From NCBI GenBank assembly GCA_038087875.1, contig CM075981.1:2728001-2792000 (forward strand): DNA of 64,000 nt. Direction: 5' to 3'. Position 1 is the first letter of the stretch; each line of letters starts with the position of its first letter. This document shows positions 1 through 13,321 of the stretch, one piece after another. The DNA is from Malacoraja senta (taxonomy: Eukaryota). The translations under genes were made by a program, and so were the position numbers. The notes beneath the pieces are model-generated. The model was given only the letters and a program-made list of their open reading frames with translations, searched no databases and was not told the origin of the DNA.

Positions 1-679
1 AAGGAAGGAGGAAGGAAGGAAGGGGGAGTCGATGTGAAACGGGTCGAAAATAAAGTGGTGAAATCGGAATCAACTACGATCCATTTTTTCAATCATCCCT
101 CCCCATGAGTCTCAGTTTTACAAAGCATTATATGAGAGCAGGTTATTATCAAATGATCACAAAGTAATAATAGTAACTCTAAGCTGTAGCCGGGACTATT
201 TTATCCAGCTTCATCCATGATCTTATTTAATCACTTCTGAAATACTTGAGGAGAGGGTGGATGCAATTAAAGTGGTGACAACTGAATCCGTCAATGATTT
301 CCCTTTTTCATACATTGTCTGAATGAAGCAGGTATCTCTGGACAGATCTAGTGCTAAATTTAGAATCAAATTTACAGTTTTCGTATAATGCCATTTAATA
401 AGCGAGACCTAGAGCTAACCACAATTATGCTTAATGACAGCTATAGTATCAGTCAATTTAAAAGTAGATGTTTCTTATTTACCTAGCATTTATATTTCAA
501 AAAGTATGTATTAAACCAGTCTGCATTTTTTTCTGGAAAATCTGTAATTTTATTAAATTACATGTATTTTTCAATCAAATATGTCACCAACATAGGTTTG
601 TTTACATTCTTACAAATGTCAATTAAATAATTTGACCAATTCTTATTATTTCCTTCTCCCGCTCTGGGATCTCCCCCAG

Positions 680-845
680 CTTTAATAGCATGGTATCTAC
701 TCCGGCAAATAGACAAGGATTTATCAATTCTGTGGTTAGTTATGTGAGGAAATACCAGTTTGATGGTTTTGATCTGGATTGGGAATATCCAGGTTCCGCT
801 GGAAATCCACCAGAAAATAAACAGCGTTTCACAGCATTGGTAAAG
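680..845 (+). CDS. chia: Chitinase gene 1 catalytic exon (GH18 active site)
   Basis: cccccAG|C..AAG|GTaaat, 166 bp; [55 protein letters not shown] with intact DxxDxDxE. Confidence 0.96.
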
Positions 846-1330
846 GTAAATAAAACTGTATTCAGATTAAATTATGTTAAATGAGCAGTGCTGCTTGATT
901 ATTGATTATGAAGTGTTATTAATCTTCTGACAGTGTGTGCCATTTTTTATTTTAACTTACAGATGAAATTGTTCAAATAGAAATTATTATTTTGGTAAAT
1001 GTCCCAGATTTGTTTGTACCAAGTAATGCACTTTGGGACGTTCAATTGTAGTAGGACATATAAAGTAAATGGGAAGACCTCACGAGTGTCGGCAGAGGGA
1101 CCTTGGGGTAAAAGAACATAGCCTGGAATGTGGTGAAACAGGTGTATAGATAGTGAAGAAGACATTTGGTATGGTTGCCTGATGGGAATTGATGGCTTTG
1201 TGGCAAGTTTGAGGATGATGAGAAGGTAGGTGATGGGAGAGGTAGTGTAGAAAAAGCAGCGAGCCTGCGAAGTACTTGGGCAAGTTGGGAGAGTGGCAAA
1301 GAAGTGGCAGGTAATACAGCAGTCATGCAC

Positions 1331-4300
1331 TTTTTTTTTCTTTTTTTTTGTTTATTTTATTAGAAGTTAATACAATACAAAACAATACAGTGGCACCTAA
1401 TTTTAGGTGCCAACTATGTCATAACGTAATGCATTCTATGTACAACCTCTAGTTTTATGTTTTTGAAAAGGAGGTAAAAAATTAAAAAAAATAGAGAAAA
1501 GAAAGAGGAAAAATAAATAGTAGAAAATAGAAAAACGTGAAGTGTGTATATAAGAAAAGAAAAAAATAGAAAGTAGAAATAGTAGAAAAAGACCCTTAAA
1601 AAAGAAATTTTCAACTCTTTGTTTGGAGATGTAAATCTATCCACGACCTGACCTGAAATCAGTAATCTTTACGTACTGCTGCATCACATGATTCCAAAAA
1701 GTCGATGAAAGGTGACCAACTCCTTAAGAATTGGTCATATTTATCTATTAGGCGGAGTCTCATTTCTTCAAGGTGTGCTATGTCCGTCATATTCCTAATC
1801 CACATTTTAATAGTTGGTATAGCTGTATTTTTCCAAAATTTAAGTATCAATTTCTTTCCAATTATTAACCCATAATTAAAGAATACTTTTTGGTCTTTGT
1901 TTAAATTGATATCTTCTAATATTATTCCAAATATAATCCATTCCATATTCTTGACTTGAAGAGCTTTGTAAATATATCAAATATATCGCTCCAAAATGTA
2001 TTCAACTTTGTACATCCTACAAATGAATGTGTTATATTGACATTTTGAAACAAACATTTATCGCATCTGGGAGAGACATTTGGGTAAAATTTATTCAACC
2101 TCGTTTTTAAATAATATAGTCTATGTAATAATTTAAATTGAATTAAATTATGTCTTGCATTAATGGAACAATTATGTGTATTCATCAGATACTTTTCCCA
2201 TCTATCTTTTGGGATCTTTATCATTAGTTCATGTTCCCAATCTTCTCTTAGTGCCTCTGTTGAGGGTAATTCTCTATTTAATATACTATTATAAAAATAT
2301 GATATTAGTTTTTCTGAATCAGCCTTAATATTCATTGCTTCTTCTAAAGGGTCTAAAAATATAGTTTTAGATCTATGTATATATTTCTTCATAAAGTCAC
2401 ATATCTGTATATATTTAAAATATTGATTATCATTCAGTTTAAATTTTAATTTTAATTGTTGAAATGATAACAATTTGCCCAGTTCATACATATCTCCTAC
2501 TTTCCCAATCCCCAATCTATCCCATTGTTTATATGTTTTGTCGATAAGAGATGGTTTGAATGCAGGATTATTTAGAATTGGGGTTAATACTGATAGATTA
2601 TTTAATTTCAAGGATAATTTTATTTGTTTCCAAATTCTTATTGTATTGTGAATAATTGGGTTCTTCTTATATATTATACTATTCAATTTTATTGGTGAGA
2701 ACAAGATCGTTCCTATATCGTACGGGAAACACTCCTCTTTTTCCATTCTTATCCACTCCGACTGGTGAGTTGAACTATCCAACCAGTACATTATGTTCTT
2801 AATATGCACTGCCCAGTAGTAATACGTAAAGTTAGGTAGTGATAAACCCCCAGCTTCTTTAGGTTTACACAAATGCTTTCGTTGAATTCTGTGTGCTCTA
2901 TAATCCCATATAAAATTAGTGATATTAGAATCTAGTTTTTTGAAAAAATATTTCGGAATATATATTGGGATCGCTTGAAACAAATATATTAATTGTGGTA
3001 AGAAAGTCATTTTTATAGTGTTAATTCTACATATCAATGAGAGTGGGAGCGTTTTCCAAAATTTAATCATAACATTCAATTTATTTAATAGTGGCATAAA
3101 ATTGGCGCTAAATAATGATTTGTGTCTTCTCGTAATTTGAATACCTAAATACTTGAATTTTTCTGTTGCAATTTTGAAAGGGAATTTTAATAAGTGTCTC
3201 GCATCCTGTGGTTTTAAAGACATGATTTCGCTTTTATTCCAGTTTATTCTATATCCTGAAAAAGAACCAAATTCCTCAATTAGTGTTAATAAGGTGGGAA
3301 TACTCGTTTGTGTATTAGTAATATATAAAAGAATATCATCAGCATATAATGAAATTTTATTCTTTGAGTCCTTGGTATTATATCCGTGAATATTCGGATG
3401 ATTTCTAATCCTTTCAGCCAGCGGTTCTATCATAAGGGCAAATAGCAATGGTGATAAGGCACAAACCTGCCTATTACCCCTTGATAAATAAAATTTTGAA
3501 GATAACATATTGTTAGTTAATATTCTTGCAGTAGGTTTATCATAAAGTAGTTTAACCCATCTAATAAAATTCTCACCCGTATTAAATTTTTCGAGTACCT
3601 TATATAAATACTGCCATTCTACCTGACCAAATGCCTTCTCTGCATCCAGCGTAACGACTGAAATATCTTCAATGTCCTCTTTGTGAGAGTACATTATATT
3701 GAAAAGCCTTCTCAAGTTATTAAATGATTGTCTTTTGGGTATAAATGCCGTTTGATCCGGGTTTACCAATTTATTAATATAATTATTCAGTCTTCTTGCT
3801 AGAATCTTTGCTAAAATTTTCTGATCCGTATTTAAAAGTGATATAGCTCTGTAAGAACCCGGTTCATCTAAATCTTTATCTTTTTTTTGGTATAAGCGTT
3901 ATTGTTGATTCTGCTAAAGTTTCTGGTAGTTTATTTTCGGTATAAGCCTGCGTGTATAAGTTGAGTAATCTTGGTACAAGTGACTCCTGGAAGCGTTTAT
4001 AAAATTCATTACTAAAACCATCTGGTCCTGGGGTCTTCCCAATTTTCAATGAGTTTATTATTTGTTTTATTTCTTCACTAGTAATCCGTGCTCCTAATTC
4101 CTCTTGTTCTAAACTATCCAATTTAGGGAGGTTGCAAATATCTAAAAAAATTGTAATTTTACTATCATCTGTATTTATTTTAGTTGGTATAAATTATGAT
4201 AAAATTGGGAAACCCTTTTATTAATATCCTTTGGTAATGTTAGAAGCTCACCCTTATCAGATTTAATTTTAGTGATAGTATTTTCCTTATCTTGTTGCTT

Positions 4301-5326
4301 CAGTTGCCTCGCTAATAATTTATGTGGCTTATCCCCAAATTCGAAGTGTGCCTGTTTTGTAATTTGGAATAGTCTTATTACTCTACCCGATAATATTCTA
4401 TTGAGTTTATATTTCAATAAGGTTATCTTATTATGTTTATCTATAGTTGGGTCACTTGCATTGTCCAGTTCTAGTAATTTTATTTCCTGTTCTATCCTCT
4501 GAAGTTCTCTTTTATTTTCTTTATTTTGATAACTTTGATAAGAGATTATAACACCGCGAATGTATGCCTTAAAGGTTTCCCATAATAGCGATACAGAAAT
4601 ACCCGGCGTATCATTTGTCTCAAAAAAAAATGTTGTTTGTTCTTTTATATACTCATAACCCTGCGGGTTATTTAATATTTGTGCGTTGAATTTCCAAAAA
4701 GATTTTATACCCGGCATTCCCTCGATTTTAAGTATAAAAGTCAGTGGTGAATGATCGGAAATAATACTATTATGATATGATGGTTTAATTGTATACGGGA
4801 TTAATTTTGTATCCACTAAGAAATAGTCAATTCGTGAATAAGTTTTATGAGGCGACGAGTAAAACGAATATTCCCTTCCAATTGGGTTTGCTATTCTCCA
4901 AACGTCAGTTATGTTATTATTTTTTATATAAGTATTTAAAAATTCACAGGTCTTGGTTTTAACTAAACGCTTCCCTACCTTTATTGATTTATCTAAGTAT
5001 GGGTCTATAACACAATTAAAATCTCCCCCCATTATAATATTTTGATAATTATGCTCTGCAATTATATCTAGTATTTTCTTTAAAAATTGGGGATTATCAA
5101 AATTAGGCGCATAAATATTTATCATAGTTAATGGTGTATTGTAAATTTCTCCCGTGACTATAACGTATCTTCCCTCTTTATCAGATATAGACTTCTTTAA
5201 TTTAAAAGGTATACCTTTCTGAATTATAATGATCGTGCCTCTTGCTTTAGAAGTGAATGAGGAGTAGTAGGTTTGACCTATCCAGTTTGCCCTTAATCTG
5301 ATCTGCGTTTGTTGTTCCAAATGCGT
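1331..5326 (-). mobile_element. L1-clade LINE, 5'-truncated inside the ORF2 endonuclease, with disrupted ORF2
   Basis: APE endonuclease (NIYAPN, GGDFN, SRIDYF, SDH), RT (LYADD) and C-terminal Cys motif across ORFs 4175-5320, 3876-4121, 1922-3769, 1659-1946; poly(A) tail at 1331; TSD TCATGCACTTT at 1323-1333 and 5327-5337. Confidence 0.93.
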
Positions 5327-5468
5327 TCATGCACTTTAATAACAGGAATGAAGGCATAGGTAATTTTCTAAATGGTTAGTGGATTTGGAAATTGGAGGTG
5401 CAACGGGACTTGGGAGTGGTGGTGCAAGATTCCCAAAAGATTAATTTGACAGTTGAATTGATAGTAAT

Positions 5469-6015
5469 GGGCCTGTCCTAATTAGGCGATTTTTCAGCGG
5501 GCTGCTGGCGACTGGCAAGTCTCGCGCACACACACACACACAGACACAGACACACACCCACACACACGCATCTTCCTTCACTAGCCCGTTATGCAGGCGC
5601 GGGGCAGGGCAAGCAGGGGCAGCACTGTGTAAAAAATTCACACCGCGCAAAGCCAAGGGGATACAGACACACACTGCAATGAACAGGAAGGTTGGCGCAG
5701 TAATTAAGACAAAATTAAGTCCTTTAAAAGAGAGGGGGAGAAGGAGTGGAGACAACTTTTAAGAAGCCAGAGATACACAGGTGTGCAGCTCGGCGGACAT
5801 TTAACATTACCGGTCGGTTATCCTTGGTTCTGAAAACTACTGCTTACCTTTTTTTCCCAATGAGCCAATGAAATTTACCGGTCAGCACTGGCTACAACCT
5901 ATGAGAACCTCCAACCTCCTGGCCACCCATTATGACATCCTGGCGACTCACCTACGGCATGTGAATTCTCGCTACTCTCCATGGCGACTTCATTCTAGTC
6001 GCCGCTATTTTTTCT
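5469..6015. mobile_element. Non-autonomous DNA-transposon-like repeat fragment with internal (CA)n
   Basis: Starts GGGCCTGTCC; repeated GGCGACT motifs; CpG-rich relative to flanks; second terminus not seen. Confidence 0.45.
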
Positions 6016-6580
6016 AAAGATATGGAGGAATTTCTTTAGTCAGGGGGTGGTGAATTTGTAGAATTAATTGCCACAGACGGCTGTGGAGGCTGTCATTGGG
6101 TACTTTTAAAGCTGATATTGACAGTTTCTTGATTAGTGAACGTGTCAAAGGCTATCGGCAGAAGGCAGGAGAATGGAGTTCAATGGGAAAGATAGATCAG
6201 CCAAGATTGAATGGCTGATCTGACTAGATGGGTTGAATTGCCTAATTCTGCCCTATGACTCATGAACCTATTGTTCAGGACATTGGCTATGATAGTTGAG
6301 ACATTATGTTGCCATGGTACAAAACATTGGTTTGACAGCAGCTGGAGTATTATGTACAGTTCTCGTCACTACATTAGGGGAAGGACATGGTAGCAGGTAC
6401 GGAGAATGTGCAAAGAGATTCACCAGGATGTTGCCTGGAATGGAGGGCTTTAGTTATAAGCAGAGATTGAATAGGCTGGTTTTATTGTCACTGGTGTGTA
6501 GGGAGCTGAGGGTTGACATTACAGATGTTTATAAAATCATGAGTGGCACAGATAAGCAAGATATTTTTCCCAGAGATGGG
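6016..6580 (+). mobile_element. Degenerate CR1 LINE 3' fragments
   Basis: RFTRMLPGMEGFSYKQRLNRL-like ORF2 C-terminus and CR1 3'UTR. Confidence 0.75.
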
Positions 6581-6834
6581 GAAGATGGTTACTATTTGTG
6601 AAGAGCTATCATAGGAGGTGATAGAGGCAGATCCATTTATAATTGTAAAAATACATTATGATTGATACTTGTATAAGTAAAACCAAGAAGCATTTAGGTT
6701 TATTGGAGAAAAATTGGATAAATTAGATAGGCGTAACAGGCAGCATTGATGAGGTGCCATTTATTTTCTCTACAATTTCTGTGGTAAACACTGCTATGGT
6801 TAGGGTTTTACTGACATCATTCCATCAAATTTAA

Positions 6835-7630
6835 GCAGTTTAGGTTATTGTCACGTGTATTGAGGTACAGTGAAAACCTTTTTTGTTGCGTGCTATCCAG
6901 TCAGCGGAAAGACTATACATTATTACAATCAAGCCGTCCACAGTGTACAGATGAAGGATAAAGTGAATAACGTTCATTTCGAGGTAAAGTCTGATTAAAG
7001 AAATCGGAGCATCCCCAATGAGGTAGATGGCAGGTCAGGACTGCTCTTTAGTTGGTGTCAGGATGGCTCAGTTGCCTGATAACAGCTGTGAAGAAACTCT
7101 CCCTGAATCTGGAAGTATGTGTTTTCACACATATGTACCTCTTACCTGATGGGAGAGGTGAGGCCGGGGTGCGGTTCATCCTTGATTATGCTGGTGGCCC
7201 TGCCGAAGCAGCGTGGTACAAATGAAGTCAATGAAAGGGAGTTTGGATCGCGAGATGGTCTGGGCTGTGTCCACTATTCTCCCCGATATCTTCTGGTCTT
7301 GGATGGATCTGTTCCAAAATCATGCTGAGATGCATGCTAATAAAATGCTTTCTACAGCGCTTCTGTAGAAGTTAGTGAGAGTTGTTGTGGCCATGCCAAA
7401 CTTCCTAAGCCTTCTAAAGAAGTAGAGGCATTGGTGTGCTTTCTTGGGCTTATCTTTGATATGGCTAGTCCAGGACAAGTTGTTGGAGATATTCCACCGA
7501 TCTCTACTTCAGTGCCATCCATGTATACTGGGGTATGTGCACCACATTGCTTCCTAAAATCGATCACAATGTCCTTTGTCTTGCTCGCATTGAGGGAAAT
7601 ATTGTCTTGACACCAGGTTATGAGGTTAGG
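6835..7630 (-). mobile_element. Rex1/Babar-type LINE 3' fragment
   Basis: WCQDNISLNASKTKDIVIDFRK RT C-terminal motif on the minus strand. Confidence 0.7.
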
Positions 7631-7749
7631 CCTAATAGTTGACATAGACAAGGTGTCATTCATGTTCTGCACAATTCTGTGGTGCAAGGGTGGACACTGG
7701 TATGGTTGATGTTATAATGACATTGTTCCATCAAATGTTTAGAGTTTCA

Positions 7750-8870
7750 CTAAACCAAGTGGGACCCATTGGGCCTCGTTCCCCAATGCAATAATCTACC
7801 ACTCACCCGTTCCCTCAACGCAACTCGTTTCCACCACTCATCTGTTCCCCGAATGTAACCCGTTTCCCCCAATGCAATAATCCACCACTCACCCATAGCC
7901 TCCATGGGAGGCCTGGTCCCCCAACGTGAGATTCCATCACGCACCCGTTCCACCAACGCAATCCATTCCCCCTGTGCAATATTCCACCACACCCGTAGCC
8001 CCCAACTGTGCAGATCGGCTCTTTTTCACCCTCTCTCATTTTAAACTTTAAATCTTAGTGCTACTTAATCCTACACAATTTTTTTAAATGTGATGTAGGT
8101 GCCACCGACAAGGCCATGTTTTGTTATCCAAATCTAATCATTAAACTTTGGTGTGCTGGGTTAGGCTGGCAGATTCTTTCCCTGAAGGACATTTGCTGTG
8201 AAGGACTCAGTGTTCTGGGATAGCAACATTGTAATTGCCTAACTGCCAGTGCAAATCCTTCTCTAGACCAGGTGGGACCTGTTGGGTCCCTATCATACGG
8301 GAGGCGTGGTCCCCCAACGCAACCCATTCCCCAATGCAGTGTTCCGCCACACGCCCGTTCCCCCAATGCAAACCATTCCCACAGCGCAATATTCCACCAC
8401 TCACCTATAGCCCCCAACTGCGCAAGGGCTGCTCATTTTGCCTTATTCACCCTCCCTCACTTTAAACTTTCAAAAAAATTCAGTGTACTGTGACTTTAAG
8501 AAAAATACATTTGCACCTAGCAGGACTCGGTGTACTTGGATAGCAACAATGTTGCGAGCAGGGCTACGATCCCATTATGACGTCATAGCTGTAAGCACAG
8601 GGACGAATTTCTTTCCAAATTGGGGTTTCGTAAATCTAAAAATGTCTCACTCGTGAAATATAACACCAATCTGAACGAAACTTGACACAAAACAACCACG
8701 GGACAATTGTGATTATGGTGGTGCGAAAAAAAATTGCCGCAATCATGTTCCGTTTTGGCGTAGGTCCAGGATCACATGGGCAAACACGGATAGATGGATA
8801 GATAGATAGATGGACAGATGGATAGAAACAAACAAACAAACAAGATGAGAGTTTTAGTAATATGCATAGA
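7750..8870 (-). mobile_element. Non-autonomous Helitron-like element with two 3' termini
   Basis: Minus strand starts A|TCTATGCATATTACTAAAACTC at 8870; hairpin GGGACC-N5-GGTCCC followed by CTAG at 8263-8266; degenerate outer end TTAG|T at 7750; internal GC-rich tandem units. Confidence 0.72.
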
Positions 8871-9131
8871 TTATCATACTAAATTTACGCTGAACATTTT
8901 AATGGCGATTCCAGAATGATTGGTCAAAGATCTAGCAAATCACTAAGCTTTAATGGGGAATCATGGGAGGAATATCTGCTGAAAGTAGGAAGGGCTTGGG
9001 AAGGCAAATCTAGGAGTTGGGTCTTCCTGATGTTTAACAATAAGAACTTTCTCAATGACCTGCTGCATGTCTGATCAGCATTCTAACAATTAAAAGGTGC
9101 TGGAAGGTCAATTGAGTTGATGATGGCTGTC

Positions 9132-9660
9132 ATCTGAGGAAGGACATTATTGCCATAGAGGGAGTGCAGAGAAGGTTCACCAGACTGATTCCTGGGATGT
9201 CAGGACTGTCTTATGAAGAAAGACTGGATAGACTTGGTTTATACTCTATAGAATTTAGGAGATTGAGAGGGGATCTTATAGAAACGTACAAAATTCTTAA
9301 GGGGTTGGACAGGCTAGATGCAGGAAGATTGCTCCCGATGTTGGGGAAGTCCAGGACAAGGGGTCACAGCTTAAGGATAAGGGGGAAATCCTTTAAAACC
9401 GAGATGAGAAGAACTTTTTTCACACAGAGAGTGGTGAATCTCTGGAACTCTCTGCCACAGAGGGTAGTCGAGGCCAGTTCATTGGCTATATTTAAGAGGG
9501 AGCTAGATGTGGCCCTTGTGGCTAAAGGGATCAGAGGGTATGGAGAGAAGGCAGGTACGGGATACTGAGTTGGATGATCAGCCATGATCATATTGAATGG
9601 CGGTGCAGGCTCGAAGGGCCGAATGGCCTACTCCTGCACCTAATTTCTATGTTTCTATGT
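9132..9660 (+). mobile_element. Young CR1 (HER1-like) LINE 3' fragment
   Basis: Open ORF2 C-terminus (QRRFTRLIPGM..RVVNLWNSLP), 3'UTR and (TTCTATGT)n tail. Confidence 0.9.
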
Positions 9661-10299
9661 CATCAACTGATGCTGTGATTTCAGATGATGGTGCCGAGGG
9701 CCGGGATGAATGAGATTTAGGACAGCATAAGGGATAAATTCTTGGGGTGCACCAGAGATAATGGCATTTTTAATTGCTACTAACATGTTTTAATTTGTTA
9801 GCCAGTAGCCAGACTTGCATTGTAACTGTTGATATGTGTGAAGAGGATAGTTAGTTTGTGAACCTCTGTTATTTATTTGTATAACAAATGATTGTTTTTA
9901 ATAAATTATTAATTTATGTTGGAATTTGAAAGGTCTGTTCTTAGCTCCAAACTTAACGTGGACTGCATGGTGATATATTATTATCCTACTGAGATTTGTT
10001 TGAATTGCGACCTATTAAAAGCTAAGGAGAATTTCCAATACTTCCCAACAGATTTTAACTCTGGCTTTTTCAGGACGGGTGATGTAAGTAGGTTGCAATT
10101 TCTTAATATTACATGTTCCTCCACTGGTTTCAGGAGACCTATATTAAATGTTGCGTTGGAAGTTTGTTTATGGAAATGGATATGTCTTGGATAAAGGGAT
10201 GGTTACAATTTTGTTACTGTTATCTCTCTGGTCATCACAATAAACATCTGCTGAGATCATGGGCCATAATGTTATCCATTTGGTTATGTGTGCCCCCAG

Positions 10300-10424
10300 G
10301 AAATGAAAGCTGCTTTTGTAAAGGAAGGAAAAACATCAGGAAAACCTAGATTACTGATTACAGCTGCTGTGGCTGCTGCTAAAGGCACCATTGATGTTAG
10401 TTATGAAGTGGCTAAAATTGCTGA
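10300..10424 (+). CDS. chia: Chitinase gene 1 exon
   Basis: cccccAG|GAA..GA|GTaagt, 125 bp; EMKAAFVKEGKTSGKPRLLITAAVAAAKGTIDVSYEVAKIAE. Confidence 0.94.
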
Positions 10425-10831
10425 GTAAGTATAATCTTTTGGGGTTAGGTATTTTTGTGATGTATATTTCTTTCTGTAACTTCAGGTCAAGACCAACGGA
10501 CAAAACAGTGTAGGTGAGGAGATTTTAGTTACTGAGGTTCATTTCATCACTTTGGTGTTTGAGATTAAGTTGAATTGATAAATAGGTAGATAAGATTTAT
10601 TCAGCTTTTTGTGGACAACACATTTTGGGCACTTTTTGACTTTGCTGGGTGCCAGTGTTAGTGCAAAGTGGAACAGCATTGCTGGAAGAACAGCTGCTTT
10701 CGTAGCTATAGTCTTCAGGATGACAGGTGGAATCTTGTGAGGACAGTCTTTGTTGTATCTAATAAACTCAAGCATTTATTAATGTCACGTGTAGAGTATT
10801 AGAATGGAGGGAGCATGAAAGATTACCACGG

Positions 10832-11034
10832 TGTAGATTGGCTATAGCATGTTAGCCAATTAGAATGCTTAGTAATTATAACCCCGCCTAATTATAACAT
10901 TCATAGTGTAAGATCCTACCCACTGTCTACCAGTTAGAGTAGCAGTGTGAACGTGTGATGATCTGCTTAGTAGTTAATGACCTGAACAATAAAGATGCTT
11001 GTGCTTCAACCTGTGTGAGTCTGAACTCTTTACA
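10832..11034 (+). repeat. 5' LTR (203 bp)
   Basis: TGTAGA..TTTACA with internal AATAAA; direct repeat of 15980-16180. Confidence 0.95.
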
Positions 11035-11045
11035 TGGTGTCAGAA
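11035..11045 (+). promoter_or_regulatory. Primer binding site (tRNA-Leu-like)
   Basis: TGGTGTCAGAA immediately after the 5' LTR. Confidence 0.8.
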
Positions 11046-13321
11046 AATCGGGTCTACCCCGTGTCTGTTTACCGTGTTTTATTTCATTTTTTATTTGTGT
11101 GTTTTGTGATTTGAGGACATGGCTAACTCTTGTCGAAAGCCTAGCCCGCTCGTGTTAGATTCTGATATCGCCGAGCGATGGCGAATGTTTGAGAAGGACT
11201 ACTATCATTATATCCGCATCGTTCACCAAAATGATCCCGACGATTTGAAGGCTTCGCTACTGTTGAATCTAGCGGGTCCGGAGGCTATGACCCATGCTGA
11301 CTCGTTCGAATTTTCACCTGCTCAACTTGATGCGAATGGCCAGGTATTGGTGCCAGCTGAATCTATTGACAACTCTATGGTGTTGCTGAGGAAGTTTAGA
11401 GAACTGTGTGATCTGCCATCTAACAGAATCCTTGAGAGGACGAGATTTTTTGCTCGGTTGCAGCAGGCTGACGTGCCTGTGGAACGATTCATCAGCGATC
11501 TGAGACATCAGCTCTCGATGCAGATTTGGTGAGCTAACAAATGAACTAGTACGTGATAAAATTGTGGGAGGAATGCGTGACCGCAAGCTGCGAGCTGAAC
11601 TGCTGCGGAATGCAGAACTGACTTTAGAGCAAGCGATACATGCTTGTCGAATTGCTGAAACTGTGGCACCACTGGCTGATTTTGATAGCGCGAATGCTAA
11701 TCAACAGTTGAATGTGAATGAAAGTTGAATGTGAATGAAAGTTGAATGTGAATACGGCTAGTTATTCTCCGCAAAGATTTCTCAATGCGTCCAGCAAAGT
11801 TCAGAACATGCCTAACACGAGGTGCACAAACTAACTATTTCCACCCCAGGGGGGCACCAATTTTGCGTAGCCCATGGGGAAAGTATGTCATAATTGCAAG
11901 AAATTCAACCACTTTGCTAATTGTCGATCCAGTGGGAGTACAGCTTCAAGGACGAAGCTGCACCTGATTCAACAAGATCCGTCTGATTCTGATTCCCATA
12001 AACAAGACGAATCTTCCTACGGGATCGACTCCGATAACACAGACACTGAGTCTACCGTACTTTCCCTAAACCTGCGTACCCCAGGCAAAGTGACTGATCC
12101 TGCTGTGACCATGATAATCAATAACAAACCCCTGATCGCCAAAGTCGATACCGGCGCCGGGGTGAACGTCACTTTGAACACTCAAAGTGTTCAACAAGAT
12201 AAGAACCACAGAGCTCATGAAAAAAGACTCCTCCACTCTACATGCTTACGGAGGAGAAATTCTTCACCCGCTGGGTAAAGCAGATTTCAAATGTACCATC
12301 AATGAACAGACCAAGGACTTGCTATTTTACATCGTTCAGCCAAGTTCTGAAACCCTGCTAGGCATCGATGCGTGCCATGACCTGGGTTTGGTCTATTTCG
12401 GGCATGCTGTCCACAAACTCTGTTTGTAAGAGGAACCAACCAACAGATGCTATCCAACTACAAAGACTTGTTTGACAACAAACTCGGCAAACTACCTACA
12501 ATATACAAGATCATTGTTGACCATACAGTCACCTAATCGTACGTGCCCCTCACCGCGTCCCGCATGGTATACGTGAGCAAATACACGATGAACTGAAACG
12601 TATGGTCTCCATCGGAGTTCTTGCCGAAGTCAGCGAACCCTCTGACTGGGTCTCCTCCATCGTTGTCACTACAAAGAAAGACAAGAAGAAGTTACGCATC
12701 TGCATCAATCCTAAAGATTTGAACACAGCAATCAAACGCCAACATTACCCGATGAGGACCACCGAAGACGTAGCTGCACAAATCGGTAACGCAACGGTGT
12801 TCTCAGTCTTGGATGCCAAAAACTCTTTCTGGCAAATCCCGTTAGACCGTGCCTCATTCGCGTAAACAACCTTTGCCACCCCGTTTGGACGTTACCGATT
12901 CCTAAGAATGCCCTTCGGCATCAACTCTGCCAGCGAAGTTTTCCAGCGTGCAATGGAACAACTGATTGCAGAATTTCCCAGTGCCATCATTGTTGACGAC
13001 ATCCTAGTTTATGGCTGCGATGCCACCGAGCACATTGCCAACCTATGTAAAGTACTGGACCGTGCCAGAGACATCAATTTAAAACAGAACCCTCTGAAGT
13101 GCAAGTTCAGGGTTCCCGAAGTCACCTATGTAGGTCACGTGTTCACTAGCAATGGGCGAAAGCCTGATTCGCTGAAGACTACAACGAGCTTCCCGTACCA
13201 ACTGACGTCACCAGCCTACAACGATTTCTAGGCATGGTCAACTACCTGGGAAAATTTATCCCCAATCTCAGCGAATTATCAGCCCGCCCGCGTCAACTAA
13301 CCGACAAGGACAACACATGGT

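Noticed and set aside
9364-9591. Recurrent ORF MIMADHPTQYPVPAFSPY.. found at several loci
   Set aside because: Antisense reading of the CR1 3' end, not a gene family.
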